Shown here piece after piece: positions 48,701-61,357 of a stretch of DNA of 64,000 bases. Position 1 is the stretch's first letter. Every line of letters begins with the position of its first letter. The position numbers were made by a program, and so were the translations under genes. The notes under the pieces are model-generated. The model was not told where the DNA came from, ran no database searches, and saw nothing but the letters and a program-made list of their open reading frames with translations. This DNA is from Marsupella aquatica (lineage: Eukaryota > Plantae > Marchantiophyta), in assembly GCA_973895155.1 (NCBI GenBank), contig OZ316897.1, positions 62,001 through 126,000 on the forward strand, read 5' to 3'.

Positions 48701-51131
48701 TCATTTCATTGTTGGAGGTTGAACCAAGTAATGGACGTCCATGAGCTTGCCTCTTTGGTTCCGCGATGAACGGTGTAACTGGTTCAGCGTTCGACACTTG
48801 CTTTCTCTTCAAATTCCTCACTGTACATTCCAACTCTTCAACCTTTGCAAGAGCTATGTGCAATTGGTCATCCTTGAATTTTAATTCTACTTTCTGAGTC
48901 AAAATTATTTGTTGCAAGTCTACATTCTCGCCCAATCTACAATGCACCTGTTCAAGCTCTGCCATTGTACGCTCTAAGTCCAATTTCAAAGACTCCACGT
49001 TAGTGCACTGAGTATTGCGTTTGGCAGTGCACTTTGCTACCTCATTTCTCAGTTCCCCCATGCACATTTCGTTCTCCTTCAAAGCTTTGTGAGCAATTGC
49101 GTATTCCGCCTTCAGCCTTGTCTGTTCTACAAGTGCTCGTTGAAGGTCTTCCAACTTGCTCTGTGACTCTAATCTGAACAACTGAAGTTGTGTGCTCACA
49201 TCATCTCGTTGTTTAGTGCACCCTGCAAGTTCACTTTCCAATTCTTCCATGCGCATTTGGATATCCTTCAAAGCACATTCAGCACCTAAACATGATTCCA
49301 TGCGCACTGCCTGCTCTACAACCTTCCGTTGAACATCTTCAAACGTGCAGTCTAACGACAATTTCAACAACTCAAGTTCATTGATCGCGGCATCTCATCC
49401 TGCAACACACCTTTCAAGGTCAGCACTCAATTCTGCCATGCGCGATTGGTCCTCCTTCCAACCTTGTTCAACAGCTTGGTAATTGTCATTGCGCTTTGTC
49501 ACCTGCACAAGCTTTTCTTCAAGGGCTTTCAACTTCCATTGTGACTGCAATTTGAACTCTTCAAATTCGCTGGTGACCGCATCTCGTTCTGCAGTGCCCA
49601 TTTGAAGTTCAGCACTCAATTCTGCCATGCGTGATTGGTCCTCCTTCCAACCTTGTTCAACAGCTTGGTATTCGTCATTGCGCTTTGTCACCTGCACAAG
49701 CTTTTCTTCAAGGTCTTTCAACTTGCATTGTGACTGCAATTTGAACTCTTCAAATTTGCTGGCGATAGCATCTCGTCCTACAGTGCCCATTTGAAGTTCA
49801 ACACTCAATTCTGCCATGTGCGATTGGTCCTTCTTCCAACCTTGTTCAGCAGCTTGGTATTCATCATTGCGCATTGTCACCTGCATAAGCTTTTCTTCAA
49901 GGTCTTTCAACCTGGACTGTGACTGCAATTTGAACTCTTCAAATTCGCTAGTGACCGCATCTCGTTCCGCAGTGCCCATTTGAAGTTCAGCACTCAATTC
50001 TGTCATGCGCGATTGGTCCTCCTTCCAACCTTGTTCAGCAGCTTGGTATTCGTCATTGCGCATTGTCACCTGCACAAGCTTTTCTTCAAGGTCTTTCAAC
50101 CTGCATTGTGACTGCAATTTGAACACCTCAAATTCTCTGGTGATTGCATCTCGTCCTGCATTGCACATTTCTTGTTCAACACTCAAATTTGCCATGCACG
50201 ATTGGTTCTCATTCCAACCTTCTCCAGCATCTTCATATTCGTCATTTCGCATTGTCTGTGCCGTCAACTCCCCTTCAAGGTCATCAATCCTGCCTTCTAA
50301 CTTTGATTCCGATGACTGAAGTTTACATTGAATAGGTTGAGGTTGGGTTTCCCTTCTTGTAGTACCCTCGTTGCCAACATTTGGCCCCGATATAAGGCTT
50401 TCCCATGAAAATCCCCAATGTAGCAGCAACTGTGTAATAGCAGTCCCACAATAAGCGGGGAACGCCTTTGACTCACGAACATTCCTCATACCCTGAAGGT
50501 GTTTCTTGAATTTACTTATTTCCAAAGCCAATTCATCGTAAACTAAATCACTCCAATCTGGTAGCAATTTTGGCACAGGGCCTGCTAGTCTTTTTCCCTT
50601 CGGCAAAGTACCACATAAATACCAGTAGAAATAACTCAATTGTTTCGCTGATAACTGTGAAGGCTTCTCCTTACCCAGCAGAATTTCCTGCACCACTCTA
50701 ATTGCCCCAGACCATCTATCATACGGAGCTCTCAAAAGCTTTAAACTATAGGGATTCCCTCTTATTCGTGGACGAACAAACAAATCATTGAATTCAGGAC
50801 AGTGCATTCTCTGCCTATACTTGGCAAATGTACCAGATGGCAGCTTGAATGCCGCACGTAACACATCTTGTGTGATTTTCAATGAACATCCTCGGAATTC
50901 ACTGGATTTTGATGCATAATCAAATCCCAACACAAACTCCTTCACCCCACATACGGCTGTTATGTTGTAATCAATCCCAAAAGTTTGTTGCAGACCAAGG
51001 TTGAAAATCATTGACGATCGAGTTGGATCACCTCCCACCAAACTACGAATTCGTTCCGGTGTGCAGGAATGCCACAACGTTCCAGTGCCGCCTGTTTCAA
51101 TTCCAACCCACGGATTGTCAAAATGTTCCAC
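45775..51131 (-). pseudogene. Multi-exon fusion: PMD-like domain + repeated coiled coil + SNF2-RING-helicase of the Ris1/FRG (CHR27/CHR28-like) group; nonsense codons at 49395 and 48459, frameshift ~47900
   Basis: EASPPDGLM..V...HQRKGLFWM..RE....CFGGILADDQ|GMGKT, TLIVCP.SV..QW..EI, YDVIITTY, WYRVILDECQ.I.N, RWCVSGTP, LRMRRHCGH, degenerate RING (CNKC|..DDPMISICGH...C...CGAPHC), KTIVFSQWT, LLSLK...GLNITAANHV..D.WWNPTAEDQAVDRTHRLGQTK. GT-AG introns at e.g. 48168 and 46229. Confidence 0.85.
49400..50260 (-). repeat. Coding tandem repeat, 180 bp (60 aa) x ~4.5, coiled coil
   Basis: RNDEYQAAEQGWKEDQSRMAELSAELQMGTAERDAVTSEFEEFKLQSQ..LKDLEEKLVQVT repeated. Confidence 0.95.
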
Positions 51132-51674
51132 ATATCATCACTAAACCGCAATGCAAAATTCAACTATATGCAATGACGACCAACTATTAAGTATTGTAAT
51201 CCAAACCTTCCTTTTCCACCTCCTTGTAGGGCTGGACCTCATCGTAAGGTGACTCTGCCTTGTCCTCCATGTTTTGGATCTACTGTGCTTGAAATTCACT
51301 TCTGTCGTATGAAAGGTAGTCCAATTAAGTAAACCCTAATCCTATCACCAACACATTGCCGTGAGCAACTCATGAGGCTTACTCGACGGAAGGAGGGTAT
51401 TGACACGCAAGGAGCCTCTCAAAACATGACAGATTCCATTTCTGCAAAGCTGCTTGTTGCTCTATTGGATGCTGTCAATCCATGTACTTAAACTTAAACT
51501 CCTTGTTGTGAAGAAACATTCCCTTTGTTATGAAGCGTCTTGTCCAAGTCACTGCCAACCTTTCTGGAATCCGGAAGATGCGAACTAAAATGCTCCTATA
51601 TTGTTAGCACCCCATAAGCACCAAAGTTGTGCACAGTTGGTGCTCGGGTAAAGGGCATTGTACAGTCCTTCTGT

Positions 51675-52848
51675 ATTACCCGAGCACACTATGGCTGTGC
51701 GTTATAGAATACCCCATCCCTCGTACCCCCAACCTTCAAAATACTGTAATTTGAATATACATACATACCCTTCGGTGCACATTGACATTGTTTTGCATTA
51801 CCCCAGAACATGGTGGCTGTGGGTTTTGGAAAACCCCATCCCTCGTACCCCCCAACCTTTAAAATACTGTAATTTGATAATACATGTACCCTTTGGAACA
51901 CATTGGCACTTGCATTACCTCATGGTGGTTGTGCGTTTTGGAATACCCCATCCCTCGTACCTCAACCTTCAAAATACTGTAATTTGATACATACATACCC
52001 TTCAAAGCACATTGGCACTTGCATTACCCGAGCACTTGGTGACTATGCGTTTTGGAATACCCCATCCCTCGTACCCCCCAACCTTCAAAATACTGTAATT
52101 TGATATATACATACCCTTCGGAACACATTGGCACTTGCATTACCCCAGCACATGGTGGCTGTGCGTTTTGGAATACCCCATCCCTCGTACCCCCCAACCT
52201 TCAATACTGTAATTTGATACATACGTACCCTTCGGTGCACATTTACATTTGCATTACCCCAGCACATGGTGGCTGTGCATTTTGGAATACCCCATCCCTC
52301 ATACCCCTCAACCTTCAAAATACTGTAATCTGATATATACATACCCTTTGGAGCACATTGGCACTTGCATTACCCCAACACATGGTGGCTGTGAGTTTTG
52401 GAATACCCCATCCGTCGTACCCCCCAACCTTCAAAATACTGTAATTTGATATATAGATACCCTTTGGAGCACATTGGCACTTGCACTACCCCAGCACATG
52501 GTGGCTGTGCATTTTGGAATACCCCATCCGTCGTACCACCCAACCTTCAAAATACTGTAATTTGAAACATACATACCCATCCGAGCACATGGACATTTGC
52601 ATTACCCCAGCACATGGTGGCTGTGCATTTTGGAATACCCCATCCCTCATACCCCTCAACCTTCAAAATACTGTAATTTGATATATACATACCCTTCGGA
52701 GCACATTGGCACTTGTATTACCCCAGCACATGGTGGCTGTGAGTTTTGGAATACCCCATCCCTCGTACCCCCCAACCTTCAAAATATTGTAATTTGATAC
52801 AAACATACCCTTTGGAGCACATTGACATTTGCATTACCCCAGCACATA
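51675..52848. repeat. Satellite array, ~116-bp unit x ~10
   Basis: GCATTACCCCAGCACATGGTGGCTGTG..TTTTGGAATACCCCATCCCTCGTACCCCCCAACCTTCAAAATACTGTAATTTGAT repeated. Confidence 0.95.
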
Positions 52849-53164
52849 ATTATATACAAGCCATCCGGATAGTGCACTTGTGATGCCCGTTGAACTCAAA
52901 TTGCCATCGGAAGCTATATATATGGACAGATTGCTTGACAGAATTCCACAATTACTTGTTATACTGTATAGTTGATATATTCTTGTGTTCATTTTTCCTG
53001 TCCATTTGGAAATTGCACAAATTAACAAAAGTATCCATAAAGGTCTGTCATCGTAGAAAGTGATGACATCAAGTCAATTTTGAGCACTCCCTCGGAGGTG
53101 TAATTGTTTAGCATTTGTAAATACCTCGCACTATATATCACGACTGTACACATTGAATTAGTTC

Positions 53165-54790
53165 TACTCAGCCATTTCCCACGTCCAAATTTGAATGGTG
53201 ACACTTTTGATACTAACGGAGTTTAAAGGTTTCAACATGAATGCTATTGCTGCAAAAATGTTTAACCGGAAATGTTATGGGAGTTTACGGTTTAACCGGA
53301 AATGTTATGGGAGCCTACGAGCAACGAGCACATTAAGGAACCAGATTGAAGACGGGCAATAGGAATTCTAGAAGCCCAATACTTCCCGACCATAATACCA
53401 TCCCAACCATGGTGCAGAAGGGAATTTGAAGGCGGCAAGCACATTAAGGAACCAAATTGAAGGCGGACAGGAATTCTAGAAGGCCAATGCTTCCCAACTA
53501 TAATACCAGCCCAACCATGGCGTTGAAGGGAATTTGAAGAAAGTGATGACGTCAAGTCAATTTTAAGCACTCCCTCGGAGGTGTAATTGTTCAGCATTTG
53601 TAAATACCTCGCACTATATATCACGACTGTACACATTGAATTAGTTCTAATCAGCCATTTCCCACATCCAAATTTGAATGGTAACACTTTTGATACTAAC
53701 GTAGTTTAAAGGTTTTGACATGAATGCTATTGCTGCAAAAATGTTTAACCGGAAATGTTATGGGAGTCGACTACGGTTTAACCAGAAATGTTATGGGAGC
53801 TAATCAGCCATTTCCCACGTCCAAAATTGAATGGTGACAGTGCTTTTGATACTAACGGAGATTAAAGGTTTTGACATGAATGCTATTGCTGCAAAAATGT
53901 TTAACCGGATATGTTATGGGAGTCGACTACGGTTTAACCAGAAATATTATGGGAGCTAATCAGCCATTTCCCATGTCCAAAATTGAATGGTGACACTTTT
54001 GATACTAACGGAGATTAAAGGTTTTGACATGAATGCTATTGCTGCAAAAATGTTTAACTGGAAATGTTATGGGAGTCGACTACAGTTTAACCGGAAATGT
54101 TATGGGAGCTAATCAGCCATTTCCCACATCCAAAATTGAATGGTGACACTTTTGATACTAACATAGTTTAAAGGTTTCGACATGAATGCTATTGCTGCAA
54201 AAATGTTTAACTGGAAATGTTATGGGAGTCGACTACGGTTTAATCGGAAATGTTATGGGAGCTAATCAGCCATTTCCCACGTCCAAATTGAATGGTGACA
54301 CTTTTGATACTAACGGAGATTAAAGGTTTCGACATGAATGCTATTGCTGCAAAAATGTTTAACTGGAAATGTTATGGGAGTCGACTACGGTTTAACCGGA
54401 AATGTTATGGGAGCTAATCAGCCATTTCCCACGTCCAAAATTGAATGGTGACACTTTTGATACTAACGGAGATTAAAGGTTTCAACATGAATGCTATTGC
54501 TGCAAAAATGTTTAACCGGAAATGTTATGGGAGTCTACGGTTTAACCGGAAAATTATGTTATGGGAGCCTACGAGCGACGAGCACATTAAAGAACCAGAT
54601 TGCAGACGGGCAATAGGAATTCTAGAAGACCAAATGAATACTTCCCGACCATAATACCAGCCCAACCATGGCACAGAAGGGAATTTGAAGGTGAAGAGCA
54701 CATTAAGGAACCAGATTGAAGGTGGGCGGCAGGAATTCTAGAAAGCCAATCTTTTCCGACTAAAATACCACCCCAACCATAGTGCAGAAG
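53165..54790. repeat. Satellite array, ~155-bp unit, interleaved with a second ~118-bp unit
   Basis: CAGCCATTTCCCAC.TCCAAA.TTGAATGGTGACACTTTTGATACTAAC...ATGAATGCTATTGCTGCAAAAATGTTTAACCGGAAATGTTATGGGAG repeated about 7 times; GAAGGGAATTTGAAGG...GGAATTCTAGAAG unit at ~53320-53540 and ~54570-54790. Confidence 0.9.
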
Positions 54791-57260
54791 GGAAGGGTCT
54801 GTCGGCAATTTGAATTACTTGTTCCCAAGCTGCTGCCAAGTGCAAGCAAGCGTGGACGTGGGTTCCCACTTTAGTTAGACAAACCATATCGAAGAAATTC
54901 ATTGAACGTGGGACGAACGAAAGTATTGTGCTTGCAAAAAGAATAGAGACAGTTTGTGTCTATCCCAACTTCATATTCTCGTTGCCATTGGCAACAGAGA
55001 AGAAGATTTAATTGCACAATGAATTGGTAATACAGAGTGTACAATGGTTTTGGTGGGGACAGTTGCCAACTCAATAACTTTGAGCTTTTAACTATGTTAT
55101 TACCTAATTATCGCTGAAAGTGCTCAGACAATAAATGTTCACCTATTGCCGTAAAGTATAAACATTGTGCACGTTCAGTTCCGCTACTTGAATTTACTAA
55201 ATCAAATTGGCAAGTGTTGGATTACACATCACTTCCCAAGTTAAAGCAACTTAAATTAGCTGGAGTGAGGGTCGCCACCTATTGGAATTTGGAAATGGAG
55301 TGCTTCTTGTGCACCACCATCAGCTTTGCCTCGGCTGACTTTTGGTGTAGTCCTCCCATCAAGCGTGCGCAGCCCCTGAGACACGAATTGCAGCTCATGA
55401 GCTTCAAACGCTCTACAAGCATTACAAGCATTTGTGTGGCAATTCTAATGGTTGTCGTGAGCAATTGAAGGATAGACTTATACTGTAGATAATAATGCCG
55501 GCAGCCCCATCCCAATTTCCTCATTCCAATCAGTAGTGTGCTCTGGTTTATTCCACAGCTCTTGTGGGGCCTGATAGAAACTTCCAACCATGGTAACTCA
55601 AATGAGCAAGAAGCAGAAGAGGTATTCATCAATTTGACTAACCGGTGTTGCGACAACGCTTGCTTGAAAGGACTCAAACAATTCCAATGCCAATTTTCAA
55701 GTGGCTCGCTCAGCCACTCACTGCGAAGTTGCGCAGCTACCTTCGGTTCTGCTATTGCATGAAGACACGGAATTGGCCAAAAAATTTGCAAACAGTTATG
55801 TGAAGGAGAAACGATGCAGGTGGGGCAAGTCAATGGCCCGGGCCAAACTCAAAGCATCGATTCAGAGCTTGAAAGCGAACAAAATGGCAGCTAACTAAAA
55901 AGTTTTGCTGTGGTGGGTGTGTTGACCTCGCCACACAACAACTCACGGGACAGCAGGGTGAAACAAGTTATAAAAAGTTAAGTTCCAAGATTTTTGGCAC
56001 TTAACTTTCCAGTGAAGTACTCGCAAAATGACGGACACTAACTAGAGATCGTTAGTGATTTTAACTATCAGATTTAACTATGAGTGCGAGTTGAGCCGGC
56101 AGGAACCCTGCGCCTGTTTTCTTTTGATTTAACAGGATTATTTAGTTGAAAAGATAACCCACCCTAAGAAAATTAACTAGGCGCAGGGAGGTTCTGGACA
56201 GCCCAAATGTCTATTTTTACTTAGAATCTCATGTTGAGCGAGTATTTAACCAAAAAGTTAAGTGCAAACACACATGGAACTTATCTTTTTTCACCCTCGC
56301 ACTCACATAAATGTTTGTCGTGGTAGAAGAGCAGAGAGCCAGAGCCACGCACTCTTTCAGTCCCACTTTGTCTTGGCTTGGGTTTGTTACTTACTATGCT
56401 CCATGTTGACAACATTCCCTACTCCTTGTTCCTCCTCGGACCCAATGACATCAGACTTTTAACATGACGGGTTTTTCAGTTAGAACTGGGGATAGGAGAA
56501 AAATTTGTCTTTAATCAATGCAAATGATCAGAACAGCCACACATTCAAGCACATAATTATATACAAGCCATCTGGATAGTGCACTTGTGATGCTCGTTGA
56601 ACTCAAACTGCCATCGGAAGCTATGGACAAAATGCTTGATAGAATTACACAATCACTTGTTATACATAGTTGATATATTCCTGAATTCATTTTTCCTATC
56701 CACTTGGAAATTGCACAGATTAATAGAAGTATCCATGAAGGTCTGTCATCGTAGAAAGAGATTTCCAGCAAAAACTTGTAAGAAAATTGCAAGACGTGAG
56801 GTGCTCAACAGTTTTTTGTGTCTTGGCCAGTCTTGGGAGGCCATAGGCATTCGTCTATTTGCAGGACGTTTGTTAGCTTTTTTGGGTTTGCATAGATTAC
56901 GGTATGGTGGCTACAGAGAGCAAATTGCCCGCCATCGCTCACGGATATGAAGGAAATGCTAAGTCGAGCTGCAATTCCAACCAGAAGAGAGAAGAGACAG
57001 GTACAAAGGAAGATAGCAGGAGAGCTAGAACTATAATGCGACAGAAGTGGCAGTAAGTTAATTTGAAGGCTGCTTTCACGCTCTGTCAAAAAATATGAAA
57101 AAGTTTTGTCTCGGTATGGCCAGCGCCCACTCGCAGTGGAAGTCTAAACTGACCTCATTGAAATCTACAAATGTGATCCACCGCCGTGCAACAGAGGCCA
57201 CCTCCCGTGGACCTGTCCACTTGAAGAATCTTAACCCACCTAGTATTCCCACGGCCGACA

Positions 57261-58158
57261 ATGAGGAAATCTTCTGCATCCCCCATGGAGATTCTACAAC
57301 TGGGTAGCCAACGGATTTTTAGGAATAAGGTGGTACTAGGCTTTGAATCGGAATTCAATTCCTGGCAGGCTAGAGATTGGCTGTCAGCTTTCAACCAGGA
57401 GAATGAGATTAAGTTGGGACTCCACGACAAACTGCCTAAGTAATGCTCTCTTTGTGGTTCAATTCAACGCCAACTTGGGGGAAGACATCCAACGACAACT
57501 TCTCCAAAGATCTCCTCTCAAGGTACTTGACAAACATGCCGTAGTGAATGACTACAAAGCAAACTTTGACCTGTGTAACCAACCAGACTTCAAGCAGTTG
57601 GAATCTATCTACATCAAATGGGGCGACCCGATGATCTATGAATTTATCAAGTTCATTGAGGCGCCGGTGGGTAAATTTACTCGGGCTAAGCTAGCCTCCG
57701 GTATTGAGCATCATCACATTTCAGCTCTGGTGGAATCCACACTCAAGATTTTCCCAACGGCTTAGTGACTCCGAGGTGTCTACTATCCTCTTCGACTACG
57801 TGGGCAGGAATCTGCGGTCAGTGTTGTTTTTGCTTCTCCTACAGGCACTTACCGGCCGCGTGTTCTGCATCACGGCCCCATTATTTTGACAACCTGGTAA
57901 CACAATTCAACATTCGTGAAGCAGGAACTCGACATCCCACACATCAAAAGGAACGGCCGGATCGCGAGGTCCTACAAGTGTGCCAAGGGGTGGAGTATAA
58001 GGCAAGGCAAAAGGCAGCTTTTTGGCAGGCGTAGGCTGAGGAGCAGCAACAACGGGAGGAAGCTGAATTACAACACCTGGCATTACGGGCCCAAGAGTTT
58101 GAGGCGGATCGGGCATAGACCCGGGTGTGGATTAGCATTGAGTCTAGAGAGTAAATAA
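57261..58158 (+). pseudogene. Decayed LINE (L1-like) ORF1: DUF4283-like region + CCHC zinc knuckle
   Basis: Across frameshifts: NKVVLGF...SWQARDWL...KLP.ALFVVQF...LLQRSPL.V....VNDY..NFD...FDYVGRNL, then CCFCFSYRHLPAAC (CX2CX4HX4C). Confidence 0.55.
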
Positions 58159-59357
58159 TATATCACAACTGTACAGAGTGAATTAGTTCTAATCAGGAAG
58201 CCTGGTCTTCTTTAATTTGTATCTCATTTCCCACGTCCAAAATTGAATGGTGACACATTTTATGCTAACGGAGTTTAAAGGTTTCAACATGAAAGCTATG
58301 GGAGTCTACGGTTTAACCGGAAATGTTATGGGAGCCTCCACTTTAACCAGAAATGTTGTGGGAGTCCATATGCTGAAACTTGGAGACATACCATGCATCG
58401 CATGTGAGACACAGCCTTTACATAAGAGTCTTGTATGGTGGGTTGGACAGTGAAGGCAATTTGGGTCCTAGGAGTGTCTGAATGGAGTTGCAACACAGAT
58501 GGAGGTGAGTAGCAAGGCATGAATACCGCAACCATGGATGTTGTACAGAAGAGAAGCTCCATCACTACACACTCGGCCTGAAACCACGCCACGCCACTGC
58601 CACCAGTAAGCATAAATAATGCAACCATTCGGAAATGCCTTCGCTCGAAGACTGCATCCAACAACGACTCGAATCCATCACTTGCTGCAATTATTGACAA
58701 CGTTAGTACGCCATCCAAGCAACACAAGATTCACGATGCACTGCCACCAGTAAGCATAAAAACCGTAACCATTTGGAAACGCCTTCGCTCAAAGACTGCA
58801 TCCGACAACGACTCTAATCCATCACTTGCTGCAATTATTGACGACGTCAGTACGCCATCCAAGCAACGCAAGATTCAAGATGCAGATTGAAGGGAATTTG
58901 GAGGTGGCGAGCACAATCAAGGACCAGATTGAAGGCCAGCAACAGGAATTCTCGAAGGCCAATGCTTCCCGACCAAAATACCGACCCAACAATAATGCAG
59001 AAGGGAATTTGAAGGTGACGAGCACATTTGAAGGCTGGTACAGGAATTCTAGAAGCATTGACCAAGCTTTGTTTCCTTTGTATTTCTCACGAACCTAATT
59101 GAATGGTGACACTTTTGATGCTAACGGAGTCCAATGGTTTCAACATGAATGTTATAGCTGCAAAAGACTTTTATTGGAAATGTTATGGGAGTGCGGGACT
59201 ACAAGTGAGTCACAATGAATGCTAGTGGTGTATGAACACTTAAAAAATAATGTTATGGGAGCCTACGGCAACCACCCGTAAGTCACCCTAATCAATACTA
59301 GCGGAGTTTAAAGGTTTTAATAATAATGTTGTGGGAGTCCAAATGTTGAAACGTCGA

Positions 59358-59920
59358 GACCGTGCACTGCATGTAGGAGACCATGCACCGCGCTCCCTAA
59401 ATACCCTGAAATGGCCTGAAGACCGGCCTCATTGCACGCGCTGTGCAGAGAAGATATATACAGACCGTGCACTACATGTAGGAGACCATGCACCGCGCTC
59501 CCTAAATACCCTGAAATGGCCTGAAGACCAGCCTCATTGCACGTGTTGTGTAGAGATCGACTTGCTTTGTAATGTTGGTTCCTTTGTATTTTCATGGCAG
59601 GACGGTCTTTTTCGGGCACTCGTGGCAAAAAGACCACGAAAAAGACCGCAAAGACTGGGCATTGCGATCGCTGGGCTGCACAAAAATGTATATATAAAAA
59701 ATACCCTGAAATGGCCTGAAGACCGGTCTCATTGCACGCGCTGTGCAAAGAAGATATGTACAGGCCTTATTGCATGCGCTGTGCATAGAAGATATATACA
59801 GGCCTAAAGACCGGCCTCATTGCACGCGCTGTGTAGAGAAGATATGTACAGGCTCCCTAAATACCTTGAAATGGCCTGAAGACCGGGCTCATTGCACGCA
59901 GAGTGAGAGGAAGATATATA
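59358..59920. repeat. Tandem/subrepeat array of ~100-bp units
   Basis: AATACCCTGAAATGGCCTGAAGACCGGCCTCATTGCACGCGCTGTG..GAGAAGATAT recurs about 5 times. Confidence 0.9.
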
Positions 59921-59921
59921 C

Positions 59922-59948
59922 AGGGTTTAGGGTTTAGGGTTATAACCC
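59922..59948 (+). repeat. Short interstitial plant telomeric tract ending in a palindrome
   Basis: AGGGTTTAGGGTTTAGGGTTATAACCC. Confidence 0.8.
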
Positions 59949-60552
59949 ATATAAGAGTTAATATTAACCCAAATACAAAATGGGAAACAAGTTCATAGTA
60001 TTGGGTAGTTTAGGGGACAGGTTAGTAAAATGCTGTTTTTTTTTAACTATCATGGCATAAGCTTGCAGCTGACCAGCTCATGATCAGTGACAAACTGATG
60101 AGGTTCTCAACAATGACCACCCTCCCGCTCATGAACAGTGACAAACTGATGAGCTTCTCAACAATGACCACCCTCTACAACCCGTAACAGGTCAGTTTTA
60201 GGACTAAAATGTAGAGAGTGTCATCCGTGTCAAATAATACGTTTGGCAAGGTCCATTCGGGTTGCTCAAATCTACATCAGCATTTCAGCATACTTGAAGG
60301 TCCATCCTGGCTTCAAGTTCTCACGGATCAGGTCCTTGCTTTTTAATTGACAAGCTGGAAAAGCATCTTCAATTCCACCCCTGAGGGGTCTTTCACTTGC
60401 TTCATACAACTTTCCCCATTAACTTTTTCAATGGGGTTGCCATGGGGATATCGCCCTCCTGCAATCAATCTGCTCCTCAAATAATCCAAGACTCGTCAAC
60501 TGTGAATGTAAGTGGTGTTTAAACATTGCAATGAAATCATCATGACACACTG

Positions 60553-60837
60553 TTGAAAGGGATGGATCCTAAATTCCTGATGTATTTCATCGCTACTCAC
60601 GAGAGTGACTCAAGAATTGCACACAACTACTGGGTTCAAGTGTGTTGCTTCCCTTGTTGCTCTTGTGATGACTTCTACAAGAGGCACACACGAGAAAGAC
60701 CCTACATGTCTTGTAAACATCTCCTCTGGGTGTACTTAAATAAGTTTTTGCTTAATCTAGAGAGAGACGATCTTGTGAAACAGCCAATTCTGACTGTTGG
60801 TGAACTGAGGAGTTTGATTCCGTTACACAGTAGTTGA
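60553..60837 (+). pseudogene. SWIM zinc-finger C-terminal fragment
   Basis: YWVQV..FPCCSCDDF........YMSCKHLLWVY (CxC...CxH) followed by QPILTVGEL. Upstream frame interrupted by stops. Confidence 0.7.
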
Positions 60838-61357
60838 GTCCATCTCTTTTATCCGTTAAGGTGGACGTTAAAGAGTACCTGTTTTTGTTGCATTCCAGGT
60901 TTCAAAACCTGAACATTGGACACTTTCCGAGTAATAAGAATGCTGATGGTATGTTAGCGAGGATCTTCTGTATAATAAGTGTGGGTCCTAAATGTTGCCT
61001 ATTTTAACTAGCGATGTCGCTAACAATTAACAACACATATAAAGATTTAATTCAACCGAACTTCTGTGAAAGTTTAACATACATGGAGTGATTGCATGCC
61101 ATCCACAACGGAAATCACTCAAGTACCGGTAGGCAATATTTACTAGCAATCTCGCTAGCAAGGTATACACTCATGAAATTGAAAAAAACTTTCAAAGCTT
61201 TATTCAGATATGTGTCCAATATTTATCAAAACATCTGTAACTGACAAAATGTCCGTGTCCTACCGATCATTTCATTGTAAGGTCACGGACTTGACAGAGA
61301 TTAACTGTAAAACTACGGGGGTTCAAAACGCGGAGTGATTGTCGTCTAGGGTACTAT

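Noticed and set aside
51675-54790. CRISPR-like regular arrays
   Set aside because: Whole units repeat with no unique spacers, there are no cas genes and the context is eukaryotic; these are satellites.
55279-55833. 184-aa minus-strand ORF
   Set aside because: Non-ATG start, no recognisable domain, competing short ORFs on the other strand.
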